Positions 10,010 to 20,321 of a stretch of 52,629 nucleotides of DNA are shown here, one piece after another. Under the pieces are notes generated by a model, which searched no databases, was not told the DNA's origin, and saw nothing but the letters and a program-made list of their open reading frames with translations. The stretch covers positions 1 through 52,629 of the forward strand of contig ONJI01000011.1 of the NCBI GenBank assembly GCA_900318075.1, written 5' to 3'. The first letter of the stretch is position 1, and every line of letters begins with the position of its first letter. This DNA is from an uncultured Bacillota bacterium. GTDB lineage: Bacteria; Bacillota_I; Bacilli_A; RF39; UBA660. The position numbers and the translations under genes are program-made.

Positions 10010-10347
10010 TTTCTTCTCTCCTTCATTTCTTCATCTTGTACAAAGCTTTCATCTAAGGTGGTTAAATATTCGTTTTCTAGATATATTTCTGGATTTATAT
10101 ATGGAGCTGGGTTATCAAACCTATCTGTTACTAGTATTACTTCACCGCTAGCTAACATTTCTCTTGTTAGATTATCAAAGCTAATTTTATGAATATTAAT
10201 GTCATAAAATCCAACTACTTCTTTTAGTTGTTTATGTGATAGTTTTGACAATTTTGTTAGTAGCTCTTCATTTGTAAATCCATAATATCTTCTTAGGAAT
10301 TTTTTTATACTCATTTTTTCAGCATGTCTTAATTCTTTTTTATCCAT
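10006..10347 (-). CDS. Hypothetical 113-aa protein translationally coupled to thrS
   Basis: ATG at 10347 follows GGGGGG plus 9 nt, immediately after the T-box terminator. Its stop overlaps the thrS start (ATGA). The longer ORF-track start at 10380 would lie inside the terminator. Confidence 0.6.
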   Translation of the reverse strand: MDKKELRHAEKMSIKKFLRRYYGFTNEELLTKLSKLSHKQLKEVVGFYDINIHKISFDNLTREMLASGEVILVTDRFDNPAPYINPEIYLENEYLTTLDESFVQDEEMKERRK

Positions 10348-10364
10348 AAATATTTTCCCCCCAA

Positions 10365-10570
10365 TAAAAAAGCCTTGCATATATTACGTGCAAGGAGTGC
10401 GTTTAAGCACGGTACCATCCTTATTTTTTACTTAATTTAGATAACGGTTTTATCCGGATTATATAATCAGCTCCAAGGTAGTAATTATTAAAGTTATTTT
10501 CTTTGGCTTACACCATCCCAAATTCGCTTTAAAACACTTTTTAATAATGTTGTCCTTTTCATCGCCATTA
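10365..10570 (-). promoter_or_regulatory. T-box leader (threonine specifier)
   Basis: Read on the minus strand. Stem I starts GCGATGAAAAGG, and AGCGAATTTGGGATGGTGTAAGCC is the distal region. The specifier loop is ...AATAAT-TACTA-CCTT, with ACU (10480-10482) followed by A, and an adjacent ACC. The T-box sequence AAGGATGGTACCGTG maps to 10408-10420. The terminator is CCTTGCA-N9-TGCAAGG plus T6 (10365-10395). Confidence 0.8.
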
Positions 10571-10575
10571 ATGAT

Positions 10576-10584
10576 ATTTTATCA
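10576..10584 (-). promoter_or_regulatory. Extended -10 promoter element for the T-box/thrS transcript
   Basis: TGATAAAAT (TGn-TAAAAT) on the minus strand, just upstream of stem I. Confidence 0.4.
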
Positions 10585-10629
10585 CAATTTTACTAATTTA
10601 AAAACATTATTTTGCATTTTTTACTTATT

Positions 10630-11232
10630 TTAGTTTAATAAAATATCTACTTTGATGTTTTTATCTATTAATTCTTTAAATTTTACCCCATCTTCTTTGT
10701 TTCCAACAATGGAACCGTAGTGAATTGGGGTTACTATTTTAGGTTTTATAATGTTTGTAAGACGTGCGGCTTCTTGATAATCCATGGTATATGTCCCACC
10801 TATTGGAATAAATAGATAGTCACATTTTACGTGTTGGCTTTCTTCTATTATATCAGTATCACCCATTATGTAGTATGTTTGATTTAAATAAACAAGATAT
10901 CCTACCCATCCATATTGTTTTTTATGAAATGGTTTATTTGTGTTATAGGCTGGAATGGTTTTGAATTTTATACTATTTATTTCATATTCATTATTTGGTT
11001 TTACTATAAATAAATTATAATTATTTAACTTTCTTATTATTTCTTCATCGTTTGGTGCGATGATTACGGTTTTATCATTTATAATTTTATCTATGCTTTC
11101 TTTATCAAAATGATCATAGTGAGGGTGCGTAATAAATATGGCTTTAGCATCATGCACATCATCTTTTATTTTAAATGGATCAAAGTAGATATTATTTATT
11201 TTAATACTACTTTGAGTATTTATAGTTATCAT
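10630..11232 (-). CDS. MBL-fold metallo-hydrolase
   Basis: 200 aa with the HxHxDH motif (ITHPHYDHF). Confidence 0.8.
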   Translation of the reverse strand: MITINTQSSIKINNIYFDPFKIKDDVHDAKAIFITHPHYDHFDKESIDKIINDKTVIIAPNDEEIIRKLNNYNLFIVKPNNEYEINSIKFKTIPAYNTNKPFHKKQYGWVGYLVYLNQTYYIMGDTDIIEESQHVKCDYLFIPIGGTYTMDYQEAARLTNIIKPKIVTPIHYGSIVGNKEDGVKFKELIDKNIKVDILLN

Positions 11233-11236
11233 TTTT

Positions 11237-12160
11237 TCACTTCCTTAAGTTTTTACTTATTAGTTCTTGATATTCGGTTAATTGCTTAATTCTGGATATT
11301 ATCCTTCCAGCTTTTATTATTTCATCACCTTTACTCGTTATAGATAAATGAGTTTCTAAAGCTTTTAAGTCTAAGTTGGAAGTAAAAAATGTAGGCAATT
11401 TTTCATCCATTCTATACTGAAGAATCGGACACAATATTTCATCTCTAGCCCAAGGTGTAACACTTTCAGCTCCAATATCGTCTATAAGTAAAAGTGGGGC
11501 TTTTTTAACTATGTCATATTTGGTTTTAAATTCTGTTTTTATGGGTGAATTAAATGATGCTTTTAAATCATTTAAAAATTCTGGCCAAAAGATAATAGCA
11601 CTTTTAACATTATCTTTAGCAAGTTCATTTAACATAGCCGCTATTAAATATGTTTTTCCTGAACCAAAATTGCCACATAAATAAAGGCCTTTTTGATGAG
11701 GATTTTCTTTATATTTTTTTATAAATTCTGTAAGCCAAATAATGGTATTATATCTAGCTTTATCTGTTTTATAAATTTTTTTTATGCTAGCTTGTTCTAT
11801 TTCTTTAGGCAAATTATAAAGATAAGTGTTTTCGTGGTATTTATTTTCTTTATCCATTTTCTTTTTATATTTACATGCTTTATATGAAAATTCTAAGGAC
11901 TCATTTACAACTTTTGGAAGGTAGGCAAAACCTTCTAGTTTATTTTTACATTCTAAAAGTCCTTTGCAATTTTGGCAGTTACTGTATTCTTTTTCACTTT
12001 CTTCTAAAAGAGATGTATACTTTTTTAACTGTTCTTTTTTTAATCTAATTCTACCGACAAAGTTTTTGAAATTTTCATCTTCAAGTGCTTCATCGTAAGC
12101 TTCATCTAATAGCTCATTTATATTACTTTTTGGATTTAAATGTTCTTTTAGTTTTTGCAT
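11237..12160 (-). CDS. dnaI: Primosomal helicase loader DnaI
   Basis: N-terminal Cys cluster (CQNCKGLLEC...C), Walker A GNFGSGKT and Walker B LLLIDDIGAE. It follows dnaB as in Bacillus. Confidence 0.85.
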   Translation of the reverse strand: MQKLKEHLNPKSNINELLDEAYDEALEDENFKNFVGRIRLKKEQLKKYTSLLEESEKEYSNCQNCKGLLECKNKLEGFAYLPKVVNESLEFSYKACKYKKKMDKENKYHENTYLYNLPKEIEQASIKKIYKTDKARYNTIIWLTEFIKKYKENPHQKGLYLCGNFGSGKTYLIAAMLNELAKDNVKSAIIFWPEFLNDLKASFNSPIKTEFKTKYDIVKKAPLLLIDDIGAESVTPWARDEILCPILQYRMDEKLPTFFTSNLDLKALETHLSITSKGDEIIKAGRIISRIKQLTEYQELISKNLRK

Positions 12161-12170
12161 ATTAATCCTC

Positions 12171-13442
12171 CTATAGGTTTTGGAGCTTTTCCTCTAATTT
12201 TTTTATATCTTCTAAAGATGCGGTATCCTCAGCAACGTCTTTATTGAACCAATCTGGTTTTACTTCTTTCTTAACTATTTTATTAGATGTCTTTTTGGTT
12301 TTGTTTTCTTTTTTGCATATATCTATAGCTTCTTCGACTGAATTAATATTACTTCTTTTCCACTGACTAGCAATAGTTAAGCAGAAGTTTTTAGTGAGTT
12401 TATTATCGTTTATTCTAAGAACGTAATCGATTAAAACATTGACAACTCCTGGTGAAAGTTCATAGTCTAATAGCAAGGTTTCAATCAAATTCAAATCTGC
12501 TTTGCTCGGTCTTACGCCTTTATTTTTACCGGTTAAAAAGTCATATGGTGATGTCGTTTCAAAGGTATATATCATTTTCGATTTTTTTGAATTATCACTG
12601 ACAGTTTTTCTTAGATATTCTGGCTGTTTTTTATATACTAATGTCGGTGATGAGTTTTTGTTTTCAAATGTATAATAGTTATGGCAATTTTCTCTAAGTT
12701 TTTTCTTATCTATTATGTGTTTTTCGTTTACTGAGTTTCGTATAAGTTCTCTTAGCGATTCATCATCTAAATCATATATAAATGATAGTTTATATATTAG
12801 TGATCTAGTGTCTGATGTAATGCTTCTATGATTTAATATTTCACTGGGAATTAATGAAAGTATATTATTTAAGTCTATTTTTTCATCAACTGTTATATCG
12901 ATGCTTTTTACTCTTTTGATGTTTTCAGTATCTTCTATTTTTGAACTATTCATGGTATCGAAAATTTCATTAAATTTGGATGTTATATCCTCATATTCAT
13001 TCAGATCTATTTTGGGTATTGAAAAAGTTTTTAGTATTTTTCGATATTCTTTTTTTCCAATATTGCTTTCTAATGTAGTAGAAAGTATTGGGTTATCTAA
13101 AAATTCAGCTGGTTCTAATGGTGAATATAGTTCATATATGTAACTATTTATATTTCCGCTTTTTAGATATGTTTTTAAAAGACCAATGCCTTCTAATTTT
13201 TCTCTTGATTCTAGAATGTCTTCTAATTTTAAGCGCATAGTGGCCATTAGGTTATGATGAGTAAATTCCGTAGAAATTATTCCCAAGGTATCTAAGTTTG
13301 CCCATAATGTAAAATATAGATTTATAGCAGTAGCTCCGATAACTGGTTCATATAATTTTATTAAAATAAATCTATCTTCATTGTTGAGTATGCTGGCGTT
13401 TTTTACAATATATGTGTCGGCAGGAAATAAGTTTCTCGTCAT
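12171..13442 (-). CDS. dnaB: Replication initiation/membrane attachment protein (Firmicute DnaB, DnaD-like domains)
   Basis: 423 aa, immediately upstream of dnaI. N-terminal region LYEPVIGATAINLYFTLW and a C-terminal DnaB_2-like region VVNVLIDYVL. Confidence 0.7.
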   Translation of the reverse strand: MTRNLFPADTYIVKNASILNNEDRFILIKLYEPVIGATAINLYFTLWANLDTLGIISTEFTHHNLMATMRLKLEDILESREKLEGIGLLKTYLKSGNINSYIYELYSPLEPAEFLDNPILSTTLESNIGKKEYRKILKTFSIPKIDLNEYEDITSKFNEIFDTMNSSKIEDTENIKRVKSIDITVDEKIDLNNILSLIPSEILNHRSITSDTRSLIYKLSFIYDLDDESLRELIRNSVNEKHIIDKKKLRENCHNYYTFENKNSSPTLVYKKQPEYLRKTVSDNSKKSKMIYTFETTSPYDFLTGKNKGVRPSKADLNLIETLLLDYELSPGVVNVLIDYVLRINDNKLTKNFCLTIASQWKRSNINSVEEAIDICKKENKTKKTSNKIVKKEVKPDWFNKDVAEDTASLEDIKKLEEKLQNL

Positions 13443-13499
13443 ATGCTCACCTTCTTTCTATAAATAGTTTATCATATTTTTTTAAAAGAAAAAAGAGCT

Positions 13500-14216
13500 T
13501 TATAGCTCTACATTATGATAAACTGTTTGAACGTCTTCAACTTCATCTAGCATATCTAGCATTCTTTTAAATGTATCCAAATCTTCACCAGTCAATGTTA
13601 CTTTTTCTTTTGGAAGCATAGTTATTTCATCCATATCGAATTCAACATTTGGTAGTTTTTTAGAAATAGTTTCCTTTATTTTATATAAATCGTTTGGGGC
13701 ACCATAAACAATGGTTTCACCATCTTCCATTTCAATATCACTTACATCGATTCCGGCATCAATTAATGTTTCTAAAGTTTCTTCATCTGAAAGTCCTTTA
13801 AAGCTTACAATGGCAAGATGATCATACATGTAGCTTACACTGCCTTGCGCACCCATTTTAACATGGCATTTATTGATGACAGCTCTTATACTACTAACAC
13901 TTCTATTTACGTTATCGGTAAGACATGTAGCTATAGCATTGGAACCAGCTGGTCCAAATATTTCATAGTTAGCTACTGTATATGTCTCATCAGCTCCACT
14001 ATTTACTTTATCGATAGCTCTTTTTACAATGTCATTAGGAACTTGCTCTTTTTTTGCTTTTTCGACAAGTCTTTTTAAAGAAGGATTACCTTCTAATTCT
14101 GTTCCTCCATTTTTTGCTGCTTGATATATTTCTCTAGCATACATCGAATATAATTTTGCTTTTGCAGCTCCTGTTTTTTGAATACTAGCTTTTCTTACTT
14201 CATATGCTCTTCCCAT
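13500..14216 (-). CDS. YebC/PmpR family DNA-binding regulator
   Basis: 238 aa with N-terminus MGRAYEVRKASIQKTGAAKAKLYS, typical of the family. Confidence 0.88.
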   Translation of the reverse strand: MGRAYEVRKASIQKTGAAKAKLYSMYAREIYQAAKNGGTELEGNPSLKRLVEKAKKEQVPNDIVKRAIDKVNSGADETYTVANYEIFGPAGSNAIATCLTDNVNRSVSSIRAVINKCHVKMGAQGSVSYMYDHLAIVSFKGLSDEETLETLIDAGIDVSDIEMEDGETIVYGAPNDLYKIKETISKKLPNVEFDMDEITMLPKEKVTLTGEDLDTFKRMLDMLDEVEDVQTVYHNVEL

Positions 14217-14884
14217 TTTAACATCCCTTTCTGTGCTTTTGACAAAGCATCCTTTGCGGCTTGTTGTTCAGCCGATTTTTTACTATTAGCTTCACCTATG
14301 CCATAGACTATTCCATCGATTACAGCTTCGACTTTAAAATGTCTATTGTGAGCTGGACCACTTTCTTCAATTAATCTATAGTTTAAGCTTTTTTTATCTG
14401 TTTGAACAAATTCTTGCAAAATTGATTTATAGTCGTCGAAGAAATCGACTTCATGATTTTCGATATGTGGAACTACATTTTCATCAAAGAATTTTTTGGC
14501 GGTATCTAATCCTTGGTCCAAATATAAAGCTCCTAAGAACGATTCAAAGATATCGGCTAATATAGCTTTTCTATTTCGTCCACCGCTGGCTTCTTCACCT
14601 ATACCTAATTTCAAATATTTTTCTAGGCCTAATTTTTTTGAATATTCGTAATTTGCAGTTGTACAGACGTAGTGCGATCTTAATTTGGTCATTTCTCCTT
14701 CGTTATATTCGTACCTATTATAAAGATAGTCACTCATTAAAAGTTCTAAAACAGCGTCACCTAAAAACTCTAATCTTTCGTAACTTATGGTGTTATTTTC
14801 GTTGGCATAAGAGGTATGTGAAAAGGCTGTTTCATATAAACTTATGACATTTGGTTTAATATTTAACTTATCGAGCAGTTCCAT
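14195..14884 (-). CDS. rnc: Ribonuclease III
   Basis: ERLEFLGDAVLELL signature plus a C-terminal dsRBD (GPAHNRHFKVEAVIDG...AEQQAAKDAL). Its 3' end overlaps the yebC-family start by 22 nt. Confidence 0.9.
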   Translation of the reverse strand: MELLDKLNIKPNVISLYETAFSHTSYANENNTISYERLEFLGDAVLELLMSDYLYNRYEYNEGEMTKLRSHYVCTTANYEYSKKLGLEKYLKLGIGEEASGGRNRKAILADIFESFLGALYLDQGLDTAKKFFDENVVPHIENHEVDFFDDYKSILQEFVQTDKKSLNYRLIEESGPAHNRHFKVEAVIDGIVYGIGEANSKKSAEQQAAKDALSKAQKGMLKWEEHMK

Positions 14885-15025
14885 TTAAATCACCTACAAT
14901 ATTATAGCACATTTTTCTATATTTTTAACCTACTAATAGTAATAATATGAAATCTCTAATGTGTAAAGGTAAAATATTTGTTTTACTTTTATTTTCATTT
15001 TATAGTATAATTATTTTGAGGATAT

Positions 15026-15259
15026 ATGAAAAGATTATTAATTATGCTTATTAGAATTTATCAAAAAATACCTGGACCTTGGCACAATGCGTGCAGGCAT
15101 ATTCCAACTTGTTCAAATTATGCGATAGAAGCTATTGAAATTTATGGTTCATTTAAAGGTGGATTAATGGCTTTTAGAAGAATTTTAAGATGTAATCCTT
15201 TTGGGACAAGCGGCTATGATCCAGTAATTAAGGAGGATGTAAATGAGAAAAATATTTAG
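15026..15259 (+). CDS. yidD: Membrane protein insertion efficiency factor YidD
   Basis: 77 aa with CRHIPTCSNYAIEAIE...GGLMAFRRILRCNPF. Confidence 0.88.
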   Translation: MKRLLIMLIRIYQKIPGPWHNACRHIPTCSNYAIEAIEIYGSFKGGLMAFRRILRCNPFGTSGYDPVIKEDVNEKNI

Positions 15260-16109
15260 TATGTTTGCTTTATTTCTTTTGTGTTTTAGTATGACAGGAT
15301 GTTTAAAAAGGGATAATATGGAAGATATAACTATATATACAACTAATTATCCAACTTACTATATTACTAAAAAATTATATGGCAAATTCAGTAAGGTTAA
15401 AAGTATTTATCCTAATGGAGTTAATATTGATGATTATAGTTTGACTAGCAAGCAAATAAAAGACTATAGTAGTGCAAGTTTATTTATATTTAACGGTCTT
15501 AGTAAAGAAAAAAAATATGTAGATAAAATGAGAGATAATAATAAGAATTTAAAAATAATAGATACAACGCTTTATATGGAATATACTTACGATATGAATG
15601 AGCTTTGGCTTGATCCTTCTAATTTATTGATGATGGCTCAAAATATAAAGTCCGGATTTAATGAATACATTGATAGTTATTATCTAAACAATAATATTAA
15701 TACTAATTATGAAAATTTAAAGGTTGAAATATCAAATTTAGATGCAAAAATGAAGGAAATAGTATTAAATGGTAACAGTAAAACTATAGTTGTATCAAGT
15801 AATATGTTTAAATATTTAGAAAAATATGGTTTGACGGTTTATGTCTTAGATGAAGAAGATTCTAATATTGAAATTACTACTAATGAAGTTACAAAATTAA
15901 TTAAAAACGGTCAAATTAAATATATATTTATTAAAAATAATGAGGAAGAAAACAATACTATAAAGAAACTAGCAAGTTCCACTGGGGTAACTATTCAAAA
16001 ATGGCATACTTTATCTAATATTTCAGAAGTTGATGCCAGTGAAAATCAAGATTATTTTACAATTATGAATAATAATCTAGAAATGCTTAAAAATGAATTA
16101 TATAAATAG
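15243..16109 (+). CDS. ZnuA/TroA-fold lipoprotein (metal-ligand positions substituted)
   Basis: Lipobox LLCFSMTGC. It is colinear with cluster-9 solute-binding proteins (YPTYYITKKL..., LFIFNGLSKE, ELWLDPSN). The usual His ligands (xPHDYE, PHxWLDP) read IDDYS and NELWLDP. Confidence 0.6.
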   Translation: MRKIFSMFALFLLCFSMTGCLKRDNMEDITIYTTNYPTYYITKKLYGKFSKVKSIYPNGVNIDDYSLTSKQIKDYSSASLFIFNGLSKEKKYVDKMRDNNKNLKIIDTTLYMEYTYDMNELWLDPSNLLMMAQNIKSGFNEYIDSYYLNNNINTNYENLKVEISNLDAKMKEIVLNGNSKTIVVSSNMFKYLEKYGLTVYVLDEEDSNIEITTNEVTKLIKNGQIKYIFIKNNEEENNTIKKLASSTGVTIQKWHTLSNISEVDASENQDYFTIMNNNLEMLKNELYK

Positions 16110-16135
16110 CGAGCTATTTTCTAGCTCGCTTTATT
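16108..16135. terminator. Bidirectional hairpin between convergent genes
   Basis: AGCGAGCTA-TTTTC-TAGCTCGCT followed by TTATT. It overlaps the last codons of the carboxypeptidase gene. Confidence 0.5.
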
Positions 16136-17295
16136 AATATGATTAATATGATTGTTAGTGGTATGACTATTATATTTGACTTTATAAAAGCTATTAAGCT
16201 GAAGCTGGGTCTATTTTTTAAATAGACGTTTTCTTTTCTTATTAGCTTATTTTGATAATATATTTTTAAAGTTCCTAGTTTGTTTTTAGTAAATGGTGTA
16301 ACTTCTTCTACTCCGTTATATTCGTATTTAATATCTTTCTTTTCATAATTGTTTGGTAGATATTTAATTATATCTTTTGAAGGATATAATTTTATTTTGG
16401 TCTCTTTTGAGTACTTTGTCTTTAGTGTTTTATAGCTTATATTTTTATCAACTATTTTTTGATTACTATAGTTTTGGATAAAATAGTCATAAATTATTTT
16501 GGCATCTTCTATATGGTGAGGCGCTTTTTTATCATATAAAGCTCCAGTAGTTATAAGTATATAATTTGTGCCATTTTCTTTAGCAATTGTTGCTAGACAT
16601 AAACCGGCTTTGGTTGTAGTTCCTGTTTTTCCGCCTAAAACATATGGAATATCAATATTGAAAGCTTTGGCGTTTTTTTGAATTGTACTTTTGAAGGTCA
16701 GTTTTCCATCAGTCGTCTTGTATTCTTTAGTTTTAATCATTTTTTTGAATGTCTCATTTTCTAAGGCTTTTTTAAAAATTATAAATAGATCTTTAACTGT
16801 TGAATAATTATTCTCGTCATCTAGGCCTATGACATTACTGAAATTTGTATTTTTTAAATTTAAATCTTGGACTTTTTTATTCATGAGAATAATAAATTCT
16901 TCTTCACTTCCTGCAATGTTTCTGGCTAGGGCTTTGGCGGCATCAGCCCCTGATGGCAGTAATAACCCATATAGTAAATCTTTATATGTTACTACTTCAC
17001 CTACTGTAAAGCCGGCTGTAACTAAATTATATTTTTGAACATTCTTAAAATCACTATTATTTATGATAATTTGTTTATCTAAGTCTTCAATATTTTCGAT
17101 ACTGACTAAGGCGGTCATTATTTTTGTCAAAGAAGCTATTTGGACTTTGTCATTAGAATTTTTTTCATATAATATTTCGTTATTATCTATATTATATAAA
17201 ATAGCATTTTTTGAACTTATATCTAATTCTATGGCCTTAATGTTTAATGGTATTAATAATATTAATATGATTAATAATTTTATGGTTTTTTTCAT
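16114..17295 (-). CDS. D-alanyl-D-alanine carboxypeptidase (S11, PBP5/DacB/DacF-like)
   Basis: Signal peptide, SxxK (ASLTKIM), KTG (GGKTGTT) and a C-terminal membrane anchor. The SxN motif reads SGA (LLPSGADAA) rather than SGN. Confidence 0.8.
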   Translation of the reverse strand: MKKTIKLLIILILLIPLNIKAIELDISSKNAILYNIDNNEILYEKNSNDKVQIASLTKIMTALVSIENIEDLDKQIIINNSDFKNVQKYNLVTAGFTVGEVVTYKDLLYGLLLPSGADAAKALARNIAGSEEEFIILMNKKVQDLNLKNTNFSNVIGLDDENNYSTVKDLFIIFKKALENETFKKMIKTKEYKTTDGKLTFKSTIQKNAKAFNIDIPYVLGGKTGTTTKAGLCLATIAKENGTNYILITTGALYDKKAPHHIEDAKIIYDYFIQNYSNQKIVDKNISYKTLKTKYSKETKIKLYPSKDIIKYLPNNYEKKDIKYEYNGVEEVTPFTKNKLGTLKIYYQNKLIRKENVYLKNRPSFSLIAFIKSNIIVIPLTIILIILIKRARK

Positions 17296-17368
17296 ATCAT
17301 CACCTATTTAAAATCAATATTTGTTATATGGTACTTTATATTCATGGTATCATAATATTTTGCAAATT

Positions 17369-17395
17369 AAAAGATATTCTTTGCGAATATCTTTT
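17369..17395 (-). terminator. uvrA terminator hairpin
   Basis: AAAAGATATTC-N5-GAATATCTTTT forms a perfect 11-bp stem. Confidence 0.6.
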
Positions 17396-17412
17396 AGATT
17401 AAATTTTCTTCT

Positions 17413-20223
17413 TTATTTTAAATAAGGCTTTAAAAATTTACCTGTATAGCTGTTTTCACAAGAAGCCACTTCTTCTGGGGTTCCAGTTATAACGATGTTA
17501 CCACCTTCGTCTCCGCCTTCTGGACCTAAATCTATGATGTGATCAGCAACTTTAATAACATCTAAATTATGTTCAATAACAATTACAGTGTCACCGTTAT
17601 CAACTATTCTATCTAGAATGACAAGTAGCTTTTTAATATCATCTGTATGAAGACCGGTTGTTGGTTCATCTAGAATAAATAAACTTTTACCTGTAGGTTT
17701 CTTTTGAAGTTCTTTAGCAAGTTTAATTCTGGCAGCTTCCCCTCCAGATAGTGTTGGTGCCGGCTGTCCTAATTTAATATATGATAGACCAACATCCATA
17801 AGTATACTAAGTTTATGTTTTATTTTTGGATGGTTTTCAAAAAATTCTAGGGCTTCTTCAACTGTCATATCTAAAACTTCTGAAATATTTTTTCCTTTAT
17901 ATTTGATTTGTAAGGTTTCACTATTATATCTTGTTCCGTGACATACTTCACAAGGAACGTAAACATCTGGAAGAAAGTGCATCTCTATTTTTTTAACGCC
18001 ATCTCCCCAGCATGCTTCACATCTTCCACCTTTAACGTTAAATGAAAATCTTCCTTTATCGTATCCTCTCATTTTAGCTTCTTTGGTTTCAGTAAATACA
18101 TCTCTTATATCATCGAATACACCTGTATATGTGGCAGGATTACTTCTTGGCGTTCTTCCGATTGGGGCCTGCGAAATATCAACAACTTTATCAATATTTT
18201 CTAAGCCTTTTATCTTTTTGAATTTACCTGGTTTAGCTTTTGATTTGTATAAGTTATTAGATACTACTCTATATAGGATTTCATTTACTAAAGTACTTTT
18301 GCCTGAACCAGATACACCTGTTACACATATAAATTTGCCTAATGGAAATTTTACTTTGATATTTTTTAAGTTATTTTCAGAAGCTCCAACAATTTCTAAA
18401 TATTTTTTATTTCCTTTACGTCTTTTTTTAGGGACTTCTATTTTGCACTCTCCAGTTAAGTATTTGGCCGTCAAACTATTTTTGTTTTTCATTACTTCTT
18501 CTGGCGTTCCTTCTGCTATAACTTTTCCTCCATGAACTCCAGCTTTTGGCCCTATATCAACTAAATAGTCAGCGGCAAGCATTGTATCGGTATCGTGTTC
18601 AACTACTATCAAAGTATTTCCTAGATCACGCATTTCTAGGAGTGATTTAATTAGTCTATTATTATCTCTTTGGTGCAAGCCAATAGATGGTTCGTCTAGT
18701 ACGTATAAAACACCTGTTAATCTTGAACCGATTTGGGTAGCGAGTCTAATTCTTTGGGCTTCCCCTCCAGATAATGTTCCTGCGCTTCTAGATAATGTTA
18801 AATATTCAAGCCCAACATTAATTAAAAATTTTAGTCTAGAGTTTATTTCTTTGATTACTAAATCGGATATTTCTTTTTGTTCTTTAGTTAATTTTAAGTT
18901 TGATAAAAATTCATATAATTTTCCGATTGAAATCTTTGTTACTTCATAAATGTTTTTACCACCTATTAATACTGAAAGTACACTGTCATCTAGTCTGGCG
19001 CCATGACATTTTGGGCACTCTAGTTCAGTCATGTAATTTTCGATCCACTGTCTTATCCAGGTACTTTTGGTTTCAACGTATCTTCTTTCTAAATTAGTAA
19101 TTATTCCTTCAAAAAAACCTTTTGTTGTCCGAGTATTACCGGTTTTAGATATATAGTTAAAGGTCATGGCTTCGCTTGAACCATATAAAATTATGTCTAG
19201 CTGTTTTCTAGTTAAGTTTTTTATTGGCGTGTCCATGTCTATTTTATGATGATGACATGCCGTTTCTAGATTAGTGTATGTTATATTGTTATCATCACCA
19301 CTTACGACAGCTATAGCGCCTTCATTGATACTTTTATTTTTATCTGGAATAATTAGGTCTTCATCTATTTTATATTTAATTCCTAGGCCTTTACACTCCG
19401 TACATGCTCCCCAAGGGGCATTAAATGAAAACATTCTTGGTTCTAAAGATGGAAGTGAAAAATTACATTCAGGGCATGCATATGTTTCACTCATTAATAA
19501 CTTTTCTTTTCCAACAATATCGATTATAACTTTACCACTACCTAGTTTGGTGGCTGTTTCCATACTTTCATAAAGTCTACTTCTAACATCTGGCTTTATA
19601 ATCAATCTATCGATAACTACTTCGATTGTATGTTTTTTATTCTTGTCTAGTGTTATTTCTTCTGATAAGTCGTATTCTTCATCATCAATTATAGCTCTTA
19701 CGTATCCATCTTTTCTTAAATCTTCTAGTAAGTCTTTATGGGTTCCTTTTTCTAGAGCTACAACTGGAGCAAGTACTCTTATTTTGGTTTTTTCTTCTAG
19801 CTCTAATACATCATTTACCATTTCTTCTATGGACTGACTACTAATTGGAATATGATGATTTGGGCAGTAAGGAACGCCAATTCTTGCATATAAAAGTCTT
19901 AAATAGTCGTATATTTCGGTAACAGTTCCAACAGTACTCCTTGGGTTTTTATTGGTTGTCTTTTGATCGATACTAATAGATGGACTTAAACCTTCAATAC
20001 TATCAACATCTGGTTTATCTGATCCACCTAAAAACTGTCTTGCATAAGCACTTAAACTTTCAACATATCTTCTTTGGCCTTCGGCGTATATAGTATCAAA
20101 CGCTAGGCTACTTTTACCTGAACCAGATACTCCTGTCATAACTATTAGCTTGTTTTTTGGTAGTGTTATATCTATATTTTTAAGGTTATTTTCTCTAGCA
20201 CCTTTAATTATTATCTCATCCAT
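17413..20223 (-). CDS. uvrA: Excinuclease ABC subunit A
   Basis: 936 aa. Two ABC modules ([18 protein letters not shown]), LSGGE signatures and CxxC zinc modules. Confidence 0.95.
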   Translation of the reverse strand: MDEIIIKGARENNLKNIDITLPKNKLIVMTGVSGSGKSSLAFDTIYAEGQRRYVESLSAYARQFLGGSDKPDVDSIEGLSPSISIDQKTTNKNPRSTVGTVTEIYDYLRLLYARIGVPYCPNHHIPISSQSIEEMVNDVLELEEKTKIRVLAPVVALEKGTHKDLLEDLRKDGYVRAIIDDEEYDLSEEITLDKNKKHTIEVVIDRLIIKPDVRSRLYESMETATKLGSGKVIIDIVGKEKLLMSETYACPECNFSLPSLEPRMFSFNAPWGACTECKGLGIKYKIDEDLIIPDKNKSINEGAIAVVSGDDNNITYTNLETACHHHKIDMDTPIKNLTRKQLDIILYGSSEAMTFNYISKTGNTRTTKGFFEGIITNLERRYVETKSTWIRQWIENYMTELECPKCHGARLDDSVLSVLIGGKNIYEVTKISIGKLYEFLSNLKLTKEQKEISDLVIKEINSRLKFLINVGLEYLTLSRSAGTLSGGEAQRIRLATQIGSRLTGVLYVLDEPSIGLHQRDNNRLIKSLLEMRDLGNTLIVVEHDTDTMLAADYLVDIGPKAGVHGGKVIAEGTPEEVMKNKNSLTAKYLTGECKIEVPKKRRKGNKKYLEIVGASENNLKNIKVKFPLGKFICVTGVSGSGKSTLVNEILYRVVSNNLYKSKAKPGKFKKIKGLENIDKVVDISQAPIGRTPRSNPATYTGVFDDIRDVFTETKEAKMRGYDKGRFSFNVKGGRCEACWGDGVKKIEMHFLPDVYVPCEVCHGTRYNSETLQIKYKGKNISEVLDMTVEEALEFFENHPKIKHKLSILMDVGLSYIKLGQPAPTLSGGEAARIKLAKELQKKPTGKSLFILDEPTTGLHTDDIKKLLVILDRIVDNGDTVIVIEHNLDVIKVADHIIDLGPEGGDEGGNIVITGTPEEVASCENSYTGKFLKPYLK

Positions 20224-20321
20224 AGTATCTCTCCTTTTGTCTTTCTATTATTATATCAGACGTGTCAATTATAATGATACTAAGGAAACAAATGTTTGTC
20301 AATGCTATTATAAAAATTGTT

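Noticed and set aside
10348-10380. N-terminal extension MQGFFIGGKIF of the ORF upstream of thrS
   Set aside because: This stretch is the T-box terminator and U-tract, and it has no RBS. The ATG at 10347 has a strong G-rich RBS.
18083-18535. 150-aa plus-strand ORF, and similar antisense ORFs at 924-1253, 25048-25344, 38370-38795 and 49461-49895
   Set aside because: They lie entirely antisense within well-supported long genes (uvrA, galE, ftsK, PPDK-like, PP2C). Their translations are low-complexity and Ser/Leu/Phe-rich, and they have no RBS. These are typical mirror ORFs of AT-rich coding DNA.
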